Positions 1-10,592 of a stretch of 64,000 nt of DNA are shown in pieces; the first letter of the stretch is position 1, and every line of letters begins with the position of its first letter. The position numbers were made by a program, and so were the translations under genes. This DNA comes from Nannocystis bainbridge (GTDB lineage Bacteria; Myxococcota_A; Polyangia; Nannocystales; Nannocystaceae): assembly GCF_028368995.1 (NCBI RefSeq), contig NZ_JAQNDL010000003.1:1152001-1216000 (forward strand). The letters run 5' to 3'. The notes under the pieces were generated by a model. It was not told where the DNA came from. It made no database searches and saw only the letters and a list, made by a program, of their open reading frames with translations.

Positions 1-66
1 GGCAAGTGCGAGCTCGTCGCGGAGCTCGCGAGCGGTGGCGGGCGCACGTCCAACAGCCTCGAGCTC

Positions 67-897
67 ATGGTGCTATGGAAGCCGTGGCGACCGAGCCTCA
101 CGCTCGGCAGCATCGACGACTACGCCCTCTTCGCCATGCATCGCAGCGAGCACGTCAGCGCGCACATCACCCTGCGTGGCTCGCTCGCCGAAGCGTGGGC
201 GTGGGCCAGCCGGCACGTCGAGGCGTGGCGCACGGCCCACGGCGACGGGAACCTCCGCATCGAGCGTGATGGTGAGGTCGTCGTGCACGCGCGCGAGGAA
301 GCGGGCGCCCCTCCCCTCGACCGAGTCCCTGAATTCATGCCCGGCCCGACGTCGCCGTTTCAGGTCGCCGGCGCGACCTACCTGTTCGGCACCTTCGGCT
401 ACGCGCCATGGGCGATGGACCCTCGGGATCAGCTCGTCGTCCAGCTCATGCTCGCCGCGTACGACCGCGTGAACGATCACGCCCCCGACATCGCCCGGCT
501 CACGGCGATCTGCGACGAGGCGATCCGCTGCGGCGCCGCCTACTCGGCGCTCCTCGAGCAGCATCAAAGCCGTCCGAACGACACGACGCGCTGGGAGGAC
601 ATCACGCTCGGCGGGAACGATGCGCCGCTCAAGCTCGCGGCCTGGCACGAGACGCACATCCGAGGGATCGACCGCCGGATCTGGCTGTCGGCCGGACACG
701 CCGCGCGGCTCGATCGCGCCAGGCTGCCCGACTACATCACGGTGACCGAGCTCGGCGGCGGCGTCCGCCTGGAGATGCCCGACGATCGCAGGCGCAGCGA
801 GCTCGAGCCGCTCATCGCGGCCCTCGGCGCGCTCGTCCCGTGCGCGCCCGAGGCCGATCGATGGGCCGCCGAGCGCGCCTCCGAGCCGCAGCCCTGA
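67..897 (+). CDS. hypothetical protein (start may lie elsewhere)
   Basis: 276-aa ORF with normal globular composition and GC3-biased codons; no motif recognised. Confidence 0.6.
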   Translation: MVLWKPWRPSLTLGSIDDYALFAMHRSEHVSAHITLRGSLAEAWAWASRHVEAWRTAHGDGNLRIERDGEVVVHAREEAGAPPLDRVPEFMPGPTSPFQVAGATYLFGTFGYAPWAMDPRDQLVVQLMLAAYDRVNDHAPDIARLTAICDEAIRCGAAYSALLEQHQSRPNDTTRWEDITLGGNDAPLKLAAWHETHIRGIDRRIWLSAGHAARLDRARLPDYITVTELGGGVRLEMPDDRRRSELEPLIAALGALVPCAPEADRWAAERASEPQP

Positions 898-1360
898 ATA
901 CGCCGAGATGACGACGTCGAGGCGCCGGGGACGGAGGAGCCCGGCCGATCGCGGGACTGCAATTCGCAGGGCCTGCTCGTCGCGCTCGCGTTCGCAATGG
1001 TGGGTCGACGGCGAACTCGGAACGAGCACGTATCTCCGCCACGCCTTCGAGCATTCCTCCGTCATTGATCATTCCCTGCGAAGGCCACGGCCAAAGATGG
1101 CCCGCTTGATCATTGAGAGACGCGAATCCCCAAGCGCGACTCGCCAGCGTCCGGCATCGATGGGCCGGCCCTGGCTGAGGCAGCCGCGGATCCCCGCGGG
1201 CACGTCGCGAGCTCCGCGGAAGCGCGCGGGCGTCGGCGCGCCGTGCCTGCCTGCGCGCTGGCGCGCCGCGGCGATGCGCGAAGAAAGCCGCGATCGACGG
1301 GACCCGCGGAGGTCAAGGACACGCGGCGTCCGAACGCGGGGCGCTCGAAAGGAAAATCCG

Positions 1361-2899
1361 ATGTCTGAAGTGATCCTCTCCAACCCGAGCAGCATCCAGG
1401 ACGAGGGACTGCGCCAGTTCGCCGACGCCGTGGCCGACGAGGTCATCCTCGCCGCGCACAAGGCCGTGGCCCACCACGCCGAGCCGAAGCGCTTCTTGCT
1501 CCCGACCGACCGACAGGCCCTCGAGCACAAGTTCGTCGCTCACCTGCGGGCCAAGCCGCTCGAGATCCAGAAGCGCGCCGCCGAGCGGGTGATGACGAGC
1601 ATCCTCGAGAAGAAGCTCGCGGGCCTCGCCGCGCCCGAATTCGCCGCCGCCAGGGCGCAGGTGGGCGCCAGGGCGCTGATGCTGCGCACGCTCGGCAGCG
1701 GCGACCTGCTGCTGCGCAAGGCCATGACACCCACCCAGCCGACCGCGCCCGCGCCGGTGCCCGTGAGCGCCCCCGAGCGGCTGGTGTTCCACCTCGTCTC
1801 CGTCAAGTGCATCGACGAGACCGATGGCTTCCTCGGCACCGAGTCGGGCACCGACGAGATCGCGCTGTCCGGCGCGATGGTCGACGCCGCCGGCAACACC
1901 GTCGCGATCCCGAAGATCGGCGTCGGCGGCTTCGGCGGGGACAGGGCCACCCGCACCTACGACCCGCCGCTCCTGCTCGGGTCGGTCGACTTCACCAAGG
2001 GCTCGCTGCCCCGGTCCTTCAACCTGCTCCTGACCCTGATCGAGGTCGACAACGGCGACCTGCCGCAGCTCGTCCAGACGATCTACGACGAGGTGAGCAA
2101 GCGGGTCCGCGAGGCCGCGAGCAAGGCCGCACAAGGGCTCGGCGGGTCGCTCGCCGACGCGGTCACCGGCGCGATCATGCAGGCCCTCGATCGGGTGTTC
2201 AAGTTCTTCAAGGATGTATGGGAGGACGACGTGTTCCCCGGCGCGGTCACCACCTTCACGTTCGCCGACGCGGGCGCCAGCTTCGGCGGTGCCGCCACGA
2301 GCGGGCCGCGATCGGTCGACTTCAAGGGCCACGGCGGCCACTACCGCGTGTGGTACAGCGCCACCCTCGAGCGGGCCGGCGACGCGGCGCTCCGCAACAA
2401 GGCGGTCGTGTACGAGCACGCGAACTTCGGCGGCCGCAGCCTGACGCTCGGGGTCGGCCGCCACGACGTCGCCAAGATCCAGGAGCTCGGCAACGACGCC
2501 GTCAGCTCGCTCAAGGTCGGCCCCGGGGTCCGCGTGATCCTCTACGAGCACGCCGGCTTCGGCGGCCCGGCGCGGGTCTACTCGGGGCCCGTCGCCCAGC
2601 TGAGCGACTTCAACGACCGCGTCTCGTCGGTGGTCATCGAGCCGATCGCCGTCACCCTGTTCCAGCACGGCGAGTACGGCGGCAGCGCGCAGAGCTTCCC
2701 GCTCGGTCGCCACGACGTCACCAGCCTCAAGCTCGGCAACGACCAGGCGTCCTCGCTGCTGGTGCCGCCCGGCTTCAAGGTCACCCTGTTCGAGAACAAG
2801 GGCTTCTCCGGGCGCAAGAAGGTCTTCCAGGCCGACGCTAACTACGTGGGCGACGACTTCAACGACATCGTCTCGAGCCTGGTCGTCGAGCTCGCGTGA
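1361..2899 (+). CDS. protein with C-terminal beta/gamma-crystallin (Protein S-like) repeats and uncharacterised N-terminal region
   Basis: ATG at 1361 after AAAGGAAA; four Greek-key motifs (VYEHANFGGR..NDAVSSLKV, LYEHAGFGG..NDRVSSVVI, LFQHGEYGG..NDQASSLLV, LFENKGFSG..NDIVSSLVV). Confidence 0.85.
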   Translation: MSEVILSNPSSIQDEGLRQFADAVADEVILAAHKAVAHHAEPKRFLLPTDRQALEHKFVAHLRAKPLEIQKRAAERVMTSILEKKLAGLAAPEFAAARAQVGARALMLRTLGSGDLLLRKAMTPTQPTAPAPVPVSAPERLVFHLVSVKCIDETDGFLGTESGTDEIALSGAMVDAAGNTVAIPKIGVGGFGGDRATRTYDPPLLLGSVDFTKGSLPRSFNLLLTLIEVDNGDLPQLVQTIYDEVSKRVREAASKAAQGLGGSLADAVTGAIMQALDRVFKFFKDVWEDDVFPGAVTTFTFADAGASFGGAATSGPRSVDFKGHGGHYRVWYSATLERAGDAALRNKAVVYEHANFGGRSLTLGVGRHDVAKIQELGNDAVSSLKVGPGVRVILYEHAGFGGPARVYSGPVAQLSDFNDRVSSVVIEPIAVTLFQHGEYGGSAQSFPLGRHDVTSLKLGNDQASSLLVPPGFKVTLFENKGFSGRKKVFQADANYVGDDFNDIVSSLVVELA

Positions 2900-3143
2900 A
2901 CTCGCGGCCGCGTCGCGACCTCGCGGTCGCGGCGCGGCTGCCTCGCGCTCATCCCGTCGGCTGGGGTCGGCTCGCGCGCTGCTGCGCAGGACCTCCGGCG
3001 GATCGCCGACAGGTCGTCCACCCGCGGCGCCGCGCCGACCCCAGCGAGCGGCGCAATTCCGCCGCTTCATCGACCTCGCCGGCCCGTCTTGCTCCCGCAT
3101 CTCGGTGCAGGGCCGGCGCCGCGATCTGGGATAGACTCGCGGC

Positions 3144-3785
3144 GTGCTTGACGACGACGTCGGACTGCTCGACGCCTGGAAGGCGGGCGACCGCAAGGCC
3201 GGGGCCGCGCTGTTCGAGCGGCACTACCCGAGCGTGTTGCGGTTCTTCCACAACAAGGCCGGGGAGCAGGGCAAGGACCTGATCCAGCGGACCTTCCTCC
3301 GCTGCCTCGAGGCGCGCGACCGGATCTTGCCTGGATCGAGCTTTCGCGCCTATCTGTTCGGCGTCGCCCGTAATGTGCTGCTCGAGCATTTCCGCGGCGT
3401 CAAGCGCGACGGCCAGCGCTTCGACGGCATGGTGACCACGATCCAGGACGTCTCGCCGCACCCGACCCCGAGCTCGATGCTGTCGCGCAAGCGCGAGGTC
3501 CGGCTCCTGCTCGCCGCTCTGCGACGGATCCCCATCGAGCTGCAGATGGCGCTCGAGCTGTTCTACTGGGAGGACATGTCCGCCGGCGAGATCGCCGGCG
3601 TGTTCGACCTGCCCGAGGGCACCATTCGCACCCGCCTGCGTCGCGCTCGCCAGCTGCTCGAGCGCGAGCTCGAGGCGATCGCCGCCTCGCCCGCGGAATT
3701 TCACAGCACCCTCACGGGCCTCGCCGACTGGGCCAAGCACGTGCGTGACGAGCTCGCGGGCGACAGAGGCGCGAGGGCGACATGA
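3144..3785 (+). CDS. ECF-type RNA polymerase sigma-70 factor
   Basis: Region 2 (DLIQRTFL..FRAYLFGVARN) and region 4 HTH (EIAGVFDLPEGTIRTRLRRAR); GTG start. Confidence 0.9.
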   Translation: MLDDDVGLLDAWKAGDRKAGAALFERHYPSVLRFFHNKAGEQGKDLIQRTFLRCLEARDRILPGSSFRAYLFGVARNVLLEHFRGVKRDGQRFDGMVTTIQDVSPHPTPSSMLSRKREVRLLLAALRRIPIELQMALELFYWEDMSAGEIAGVFDLPEGTIRTRLRRARQLLERELEAIAASPAEFHSTLTGLADWAKHVRDELAGDRGARAT

Positions 3786-4029
3786 CCCGAAGGACATCCG
3801 CTCGCCGGACCTCGGGCTGCCCATCCGTGCCGTGAACTTGCGCGGCGGGCGAATAGGCGCGACCGGGCTGCGCCGGCGTCGCGGCCGCGGAGCGTCGAAC
3901 CTGCCCTCGCGGCCATCCTTCCGGCGGCCGCAGATTACCTGCCCTCCGAGACATATTCTCGAGAGTCCGGCTGACGGCGAGCATGTCCATAACATGTCTT
4001 AAGGAACATGTACTATGATTCGCACACGC

Positions 4030-7000
4030 TCAATTCTCGAGCCGCGCGAGCCATGCGTCGACCGCCGCGCGCTCGGCCGCGAAGCCCTCGCCGAGCGCCG
4101 CGTACGCGGCCGCCACCTCGCGGGCCGACGCCACGGCCTCGGCCGGCGAGCGGCGCGCGCGTGCCTGGGCCAGGTGGAAGCGGACCGCCACGAAATCGGG
4201 ATGATCGTCATCGAACGTCGCCGCGTGCCGCTCGCGGGCGATCTGCAGCGCCGCCTCGGCCTCGGCCGTGCGGCCGCGGGCCAGCTCGAGCTCGCCCAGG
4301 GTCGCGAAGATCCCCGCGAGGTACGGGCTGTTCGCCTGGTGCGCGAGGAAGCCGTCGCGCGCGGCCACGAGCTCGCGCTCGGCCTCGGCCAGCGATCCAG
4401 CAGCCAGCAGCGCGCGCGCCAGGTGGCTGCGGACGATCGCCGCGAACGCAGAGTCGGCGCCGAACCCGGTGACGAACCCCGCCAGCGCCTCGCGCTGCCG
4501 GGCGACCGCCTCGTCGAGGCGACCGAGCCCCAGGAGCGCGTCCCCGAGGGCGCTCACCGCCACCAGCCGCGCCACTGGCTCCTCGCCCGCGCGGTCGATC
4601 GAGGCGCGCAGGTGTTCCAGCCCCGCGTCGACCCGCCCGAGCCCGATCGACGCCGCGCCGCGCATGCGTTCGGCGTCGGCCGCCGGGCCCGGGTGCGACG
4701 GGTGCGAAGCCACCGCGCTCGCCAGCGCGTCCGCCTCCGCGAAGCGGCGGTACTTGAGGTCGACCTCGACCGCCAGCAGTTGCGCCGACTGCACGTCGGG
4801 CGCCGCGGGCCCGAAGGTCGCAAGCAGCTGCGGGATCATCCGCGCCAGCATCGTCCGCACCTGCCCGGTTTCGCCGAGCTCCCAGCGGGCCTGCGCCAGC
4901 ATCATCCGCATCTGCCCCGCGATCGGGTGGTCCTCGCCGAGGCCGGCCTCGATCGCCGCCAGACCGGCGCCGAAGCGGGCCGCCGCGGTCGCCTGATCGC
5001 CGGCCTGCGCCGCCAGCCAGCCCTCATTGAACACCGTGATCGCGGCCGCCTGCGTCAGCCCGGCCGCGGCGGCCACCTCGGCCGCGCGGCCGAACGACGC
5101 GCGCGCCCCCTCGAGGTCGCCGCTGGCGAAGCGCACGATCGCCACGTTGAGCGCCCACAGCCACCGCGTCGGCGGCGGGTCGCCGGCGCGATCGATCAGC
5201 GCGTCGGCGACCTCGGCCCCGGCGAGCCCGAGCTCGGGGGCGCCGAGCAGCCGCCCGCGCACGAAGATCTGGCGCGCCGCGGCCTCGGCGGCGATGGCGT
5301 CGGCCCGCCCACGCAGGGCCGCGTGGAGCGCCGTCGCCAGCGAACCAGCCGCCTGCTCGGCCTCGCGGAGCTCCTGCTGCGCGCGCCCGAGCGCCAGCGC
5401 GGCCTCGGCGGTCAGCGGTTCGTGGCCCAGGCTCGCCGCCGCGCTCGTCACCGCCGCTGCGCCGGCCCGGGCCGCCGCGTAATGCCCGGTGAGTTGGTCC
5501 GCGGCCACGCGCTCGAGCGCCAGCTGCTGCGCGCGCACGGCCCGGGCGAGGCCTGTCTCTTCGGGCAGGGGAACCGTCGCCGTCAGGGCCTGCGCGTCGC
5601 CGCAGCCGGCCACCACGGCGAGGCCGTCGACCGCCGCCACAGCGTGGATCACCGTGTCGGCGTCGGCCGCCGCGAAGGCCCCCGCGAGCGCGTCGAGCCC
5701 GGCCAACCGGCGATCGAGGCACGCCATGCGCAGATCGAGGAGCCGGGCCGACTGATGACCTGACTGATGGGACAGGCACGCTTCGGCGCGCATCGCCGCC
5801 CACGCCTCGGCGTGGCGGTCGAGCCGCGGCGCGACCGCGGCCCACGTCGTCGCGCCCAGGGTCGGGATCGCCGCCGTCAGCCCCGCGCGCGCGGTCGCCC
5901 GCCGCGGCTCGCTCCACACCGCCGCCAGCTCGTCGGCCGCGCCGGTGCACGGCGCCTGACCTGACTCTTCGGACATGTGTGCCAGGGCGAAGCCGCCGCC
6001 GACCAGCAGCGCCGCCAACCCTGCCCCCGCGGCCAGGTTCCGCCGCCGTCGCTGGCGGACGCGGCTCAACTCGGTCAGCAGCGCCGCCATCGACGGCCAG
6101 CGGTCGGCTGGCCTGCGGGACATGCCCCGAAGGACAACTCGTTGCACCCACCGCGGCGCCATCCCCTCGGGCGGCGGCCGCACGCGGGCCGCGAGCACCT
6201 CGTCGACCAGCGCCGGCAGCGTGGCCCCGGCGAACGGCAGGCGGCCGAACAGCCCCTCGTAGAGCGCCACGCAGAACGAGTATTGATCGCTGCGTTCGTC
6301 GGCGACGCGGCCCTCGTGCTGCTCTGGAGCCATGTACGCCGGCGTGCCCATCACCGCCCCGGCCACCGTCATGCCCGCGTCGAGCAGCGCCCGCGGCGGC
6401 GCCTCGGCCTCGGGCAGCGCGGCCGCGGCGGTCGAGCGCGCCAGCCCGAAGTCGAGCACCGTGATCGCGCCGTCGTCGCCGCGCATCACGTTCTGCGGCT
6501 TGAAGTCGCGGTGCACCACCCCGGCCGCGTGCGCGGCGGCCAGCCCCGCGCCGGCCGCGGCGAACGCCGCCACCACGTCCCGCCAGCCGGGTCGACCGGC
6601 CAGCCACGCGTCGAGGCTCTGGCCCTTCACGAACGCCATCGCCACGTAGATCGAGTCGGCGTGTTCGCCGACCTCGTGCACCGTGACGAGGTTCGGGTGA
6701 CTCACGCGGGCCATCGCCTGCGCCTCGCGGAGCAGGCGCATGCGCGCCGCGGAGTCGTTGCCGACGGTGTCGCGGCGCAGCAGCTTGACCGCGATCTTGC
6801 GGTCGAGCTGGGCGTCGTAGGCTGCGTACACCACTCCCATCCCGCCCTCGCCGAGGCGCTCGATCACCGTGAAGCGGCCGATCCGCGCCGCGCTCACCGG
6901 CGCGCCGAACAGCTCCGCCATGATGGCGCCCTTGATCTGGTCCGACTCGACCCCGTCGATGTCGGGGCTCGGCAGCGGCCGCGAGCGTCGCAGCTCGGCC

Positions 7001-7200
7001 GAGCGTGGCGCCTCCGTCGCCAGCGAGCCGACCCACGTCGGCGACGGCTCGGTCCGGCCCAGGGTCGCGTCTGTCTCGCGCAGCGACGGCTCGGTCGCCG
7101 CCGGGATCGGGCGCGTCGAGGGCTCGCATTCGCGGGCCCGCGCTGCGCTCGCGGGGCCCATCGCCGTGTCGCGGAGCGGCGGCTCGGGGTCCTTCATCAT
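4030..7200 (-). CDS. membrane Ser/Thr protein kinase with C-terminal TPR-like repeats
   Basis: LGEGGMGVVY, IAVK, HRDFKPQN, DFG, GTPAYMAPE; TM segment after RRRR; Ala-rich helical repeats. Confidence 0.92.
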   Translation of the reverse strand: MMKDPEPPLRDTAMGPASAARARECEPSTRPIPAATEPSLRETDATLGRTEPSPTWVGSLATEAPRSAELRRSRPLPSPDIDGVESDQIKGAIMAELFGAPVSAARIGRFTVIERLGEGGMGVVYAAYDAQLDRKIAVKLLRRDTVGNDSAARMRLLREAQAMARVSHPNLVTVHEVGEHADSIYVAMAFVKGQSLDAWLAGRPGWRDVVAAFAAAGAGLAAAHAAGVVHRDFKPQNVMRGDDGAITVLDFGLARSTAAAALPEAEAPPRALLDAGMTVAGAVMGTPAYMAPEQHEGRVADERSDQYSFCVALYEGLFGRLPFAGATLPALVDEVLAARVRPPPEGMAPRWVQRVVLRGMSRRPADRWPSMAALLTELSRVRQRRRRNLAAGAGLAALLVGGGFALAHMSEESGQAPCTGAADELAAVWSEPRRATARAGLTAAIPTLGATTWAAVAPRLDRHAEAWAAMRAEACLSHQSGHQSARLLDLRMACLDRRLAGLDALAGAFAAADADTVIHAVAAVDGLAVVAGCGDAQALTATVPLPEETGLARAVRAQQLALERVAADQLTGHYAAARAGAAAVTSAAASLGHEPLTAEAALALGRAQQELREAEQAAGSLATALHAALRGRADAIAAEAAARQIFVRGRLLGAPELGLAGAEVADALIDRAGDPPPTRWLWALNVAIVRFASGDLEGARASFGRAAEVAAAAGLTQAAAITVFNEGWLAAQAGDQATAAARFGAGLAAIEAGLGEDHPIAGQMRMMLAQARWELGETGQVRTMLARMIPQLLATFGPAAPDVQSAQLLAVEVDLKYRRFAEADALASAVASHPSHPGPAADAERMRGAASIGLGRVDAGLEHLRASIDRAGEEPVARLVAVSALGDALLGLGRLDEAVARQREALAGFVTGFGADSAFAAIVRSHLARALLAAGSLAEAERELVAARDGFLAHQANSPYLAGIFATLGELELARGRTAEAEAALQIARERHAATFDDDHPDFVAVRFHLAQARARRSPAEAVASAREVAAAYAALGEGFAAERAAVDAWLARLEN

Positions 7201-7386
7201 CGCCGTGGCGGCCAGCTTAACACGCCCCCTCGGCCGACCAGGGCGCCTTCGCTACGATTCACGAGCGGCGCGTCGCTGGCGAACCGCGGGCGATCGCGCC
7301 CGCGAAAATTTTCATGCGATCGCAATTGCCGGGACGCCCACGATCAACTCATCGGTGCGAGGGGCCACGGCTCCTCGGAGACGACC

Positions 7387-8505
7387 ATGACGAACGCCCG
7401 CCGCCTCCTCCCGTTGCTCCTCCTCCCGCTCGTGATCGCGCCCGCCTGCGACGAAGACCCCGACACCGACCCGAACTTCGGCGAGCCGCTGCCCGAGGAC
7501 GTGTTCGAGTTCCGCGGCTGGGGCTACTCGGGCAGCACCGTCCAGCTCAACACCAACATCCTCAACGGAGCCTCGATCGACACCGTGCGCTTCGGCTTCC
7601 CGAGCAACTACGGCGCCCAGGTCGCATGGATCTACAGCGCGGCCCTCCAGGAGTTCCTCGACATCGAGACCGTCACCGTCATCGACGGCGGCGTCCAGGG
7701 TCATACCGAGACTGGCACGTTCGCCAGCACGCTGAGCTTCGACGGCTCGATCTGGTACTTCGCGGGCGCTGGCGTCGACGCCTACGCGGTCCTCGAGGAC
7801 GTGCGCTACGCCTCCGAGGTCGGGCTCGCCCACGAGGGTTCGAAGCTGATGACCAACCTCGACCCGAATCGCTTCGTCTACAAGTGGACCGCCCCGAACG
7901 CCCCCGCCGCCGGCACCAGGGTCGATCCGAAGACCGGATGGGGCGGCACGTTCGACGGCCTTCACACCTGCGCCACCGACGACAAGGGCGGCGTATGGTC
8001 GGTGATGTACCGCGGCATGCTCGTCGACGAGGCCACCGGCGACGTCACGAGCGCCTCCTGGGCCCCGCAGCAATACGCCTACATCGCCTGTCTCAGCGGG
8101 CGGATCGGCAAGACCTCGCTGTGGGGCTACGCGCCCGACAACCCGTCGGCCAACCGCCCCGACCTCACCCTCGCCGAATTCGAGGGCGCGCACCGCATGG
8201 TCGGCGCCGAGTACTGCGGCGACGGCCGCTCGTACACCCGCCCTGGCGAGGCCGTCACGCTGCGCGACAAGTGGAGCATCAACCAGCACCAGGGCGAAGC
8301 CACCAGCGAAGAGGCGGTGTGGACCGTGAACGGCGCCTTCTGCCTCGGCACCCCCCGCTGGGAGGCCTACAGCAGCGCGTCTTCCGTGGTGTGCAACAAC
8401 GGCAAGGTCATCCCGACCTGCACCACCGCCCCCGCCGCGGCGAACGCTTACAACGGCAACTCGACCGCCAAGTGGTGGGCCCGCAACGCGTTCTTCCCCG
8501 ATTGA
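7387..8505 (+). CDS. lipoprotein with ADYC-like C-terminal domain
   Basis: Signal peptide ending IAPAC; RMVGAEYCGDGRSYTRPG...EAVWT..GAFCL..PR resembles the myxobacterial ADYC signature; GGAG RBS upstream. Confidence 0.75.
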   Translation: MTNARRLLPLLLLPLVIAPACDEDPDTDPNFGEPLPEDVFEFRGWGYSGSTVQLNTNILNGASIDTVRFGFPSNYGAQVAWIYSAALQEFLDIETVTVIDGGVQGHTETGTFASTLSFDGSIWYFAGAGVDAYAVLEDVRYASEVGLAHEGSKLMTNLDPNRFVYKWTAPNAPAAGTRVDPKTGWGGTFDGLHTCATDDKGGVWSVMYRGMLVDEATGDVTSASWAPQQYAYIACLSGRIGKTSLWGYAPDNPSANRPDLTLAEFEGAHRMVGAEYCGDGRSYTRPGEAVTLRDKWSINQHQGEATSEEAVWTVNGAFCLGTPRWEAYSSASSVVCNNGKVIPTCTTAPAAANAYNGNSTAKWWARNAFFPD

Positions 8506-8657
8506 CGGCGACGCGCAGGCCACCGCATCCGCGCGCGGGAATTGGCGGCTGCCGCCGTGCATGTCGTCGAACACAATCTACGGCCGGCCATCGTGCTCGC
8601 CCCGCCGGGCAATCGCAGGTCACGCGCGCGGTCTACCGCTCGAGCTCGAGATCGGCG

Positions 8658-9863
8658 ATGCTGCGGGCGATGGTGCCTCGCCCCTTCCTTCTCCTCTTCG
8701 TGCAGCTCTGTCTCGTGGCGTGTAGTGGCGGGGGGGGCGGCATGACGGAGTCCGGCGGCACGACCACGATCACCACCCTGGCGCCCACCAGCCAGACCGG
8801 GAGCTCCACGGACACGCCGACCAGCACCTCGTCGTCGTCGACCGGAGCGACCACCGCCGACGAAGCGACCTCCGACACCGCCACCGCCGGCACGACCATG
8901 AACGACGGGCCGAAGCTCGACCTGCCTGACGGCGAGACCGACACCGGCGGGCTCGGCGGCTGCAAGAAGGCCGATTTCCTGTTCGTGGTCGACGCCTCGG
9001 GGTCGATGAGCAACGAGCAGGCCAGCCTGGTCGCCTCGTTCCCCGGCTTCATCGCCACGATCACGCGGACGCTGAGCGCGAGCGACTATCACATCATGGC
9101 CGTGTCGACGGACGACGGGATGAACACCGGCGTCAACAGCCAGTGCATGATGGGCGGCCTGTGCACCTGCACGCCCGCGCCCACCTGCTGCGAGATCTCC
9201 TGCGAGTCGGGCACGACCTGCAACGGCGCCCCTTGCGACGACCTGCCGATCGGCCCGTGCGACTACAAGTACGGAAGCGGCCGGCTGTTCGACGCCGGCG
9301 GCAAGTCGTGCATGCTCGCCGCGGACCGCCGGTACATGCTCGCCACCCAGCCGGACATCGCCGACACCTTCGGGTGCATCGCCGACGTCGGCACCTACGG
9401 CAGCGGCGACGAGAAGCCGATGCTCGCCGCCATCAAGGCGGTCAGCGACGCGCAGAACGGCCCCGGGGCGTGCAACGAGGGGTTCTTGCGGGACGACGCG
9501 ATCCTCGTCCTCACCTTCATCACCGACGAGGAAGACGACGTCGGCGACATGAACAACGGCTCGCCCGGCGGGCCGCAGCAGTGGTACGAGGCGATGGTGG
9601 CGGCCAAGGGCGGCGACCCGGAGGCGGTCGTGGTCCTCGGCCTGGTCGGCGACAGCAATCTCCCCGGCGGCGTGTGCCTCCCGGACGTCGACCCGAACAT
9701 GAACGGCAACGGAGCCGAGGCGGCGCCGCGCCTGCAGAGCTTCGTCGGGATGTTCCCGAACGGCGTGCTCGGCAGCGTCTGCGCCCCCGAATACACGCCC
9801 TTCTTCATCGACGCGGTCGACGTCATCGACCTCGCCTGCGACAACTTCGAGCCGCCGCGCTGA
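8658..9863 (+). CDS. Cys-rich vWA-like lipoprotein with Thr-rich linker
   Basis: Lipobox LVAC; Thr/Ser linker; MIDAS-like DFLFVVDASGSM; GFLRDDAILVLTFITDEED. Confidence 0.8.
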   Translation: MLRAMVPRPFLLLFVQLCLVACSGGGGGMTESGGTTTITTLAPTSQTGSSTDTPTSTSSSSTGATTADEATSDTATAGTTMNDGPKLDLPDGETDTGGLGGCKKADFLFVVDASGSMSNEQASLVASFPGFIATITRTLSASDYHIMAVSTDDGMNTGVNSQCMMGGLCTCTPAPTCCEISCESGTTCNGAPCDDLPIGPCDYKYGSGRLFDAGGKSCMLAADRRYMLATQPDIADTFGCIADVGTYGSGDEKPMLAAIKAVSDAQNGPGACNEGFLRDDAILVLTFITDEEDDVGDMNNGSPGGPQQWYEAMVAAKGGDPEAVVVLGLVGDSNLPGGVCLPDVDPNMNGNGAEAAPRLQSFVGMFPNGVLGSVCAPEYTPFFIDAVDVIDLACDNFEPPR

Positions 9864-10592
9864 CCGGCGAGCGCGCCACGCGGGCGCGCCGTCGGAGAGC
9901 CGTCGGAGAGCATGACGGTGCTTCTCGCCCCAGAACAGAGCCTCGGCGGACTCGTCTGAGGGTACGTCGCCGTCCGCGAACGCGAGGGTCGATTTGCGGC
10001 ATCGCGCCACGCGGCGCCGCGGTCTTTGCGGCCCGATTTAATTTTTGAGAAATCATTCCACGCTCGGCAATTGATCCCCGTCCGACCGGCACTAGCCCCG
10101 TGGACGACCAGCAGAGCGCGATCGGGCGGGACCGGCGGTCTCGCGCCGAAACCTCATTGCGTCACGATGGCCGCCGACTGCCGAGCTCCGCGTGCATCCT
10201 TCACCCGCGAACCATTCACCTCCCACGGCCCCTGCCTGGCCCGATTCGTCGGCTCGTCCGCGATCGATCTCGACGCCCCGGGCGCCCGAATCGGGGTCAC
10301 GCCGACGGCGAAGCCGCGCCGCGGCGAAACCGCCGCCCGCGCGACAAAACGGCCGACCGCCGGATCTGCCCGGCGCCGGGGCGTTCCCCTCGATCGTGCC
10401 ACCGTGATCACCCGCTCTGGCCGCGGCAGCCCCCGCGATTCATCATAGTATGAATCGCGCGCGGCGCCGTCGACGCGAACTGCCAGCGGCGGCGCCTCGG
10501 CCGGCAGGCGGACGACTGTCACGTTTGTCCGCGAAAACGCGAATCACCGCAGCGCGCCTCGGCGCGCCGCGGTGATTCGTGGCACTCGGCGC

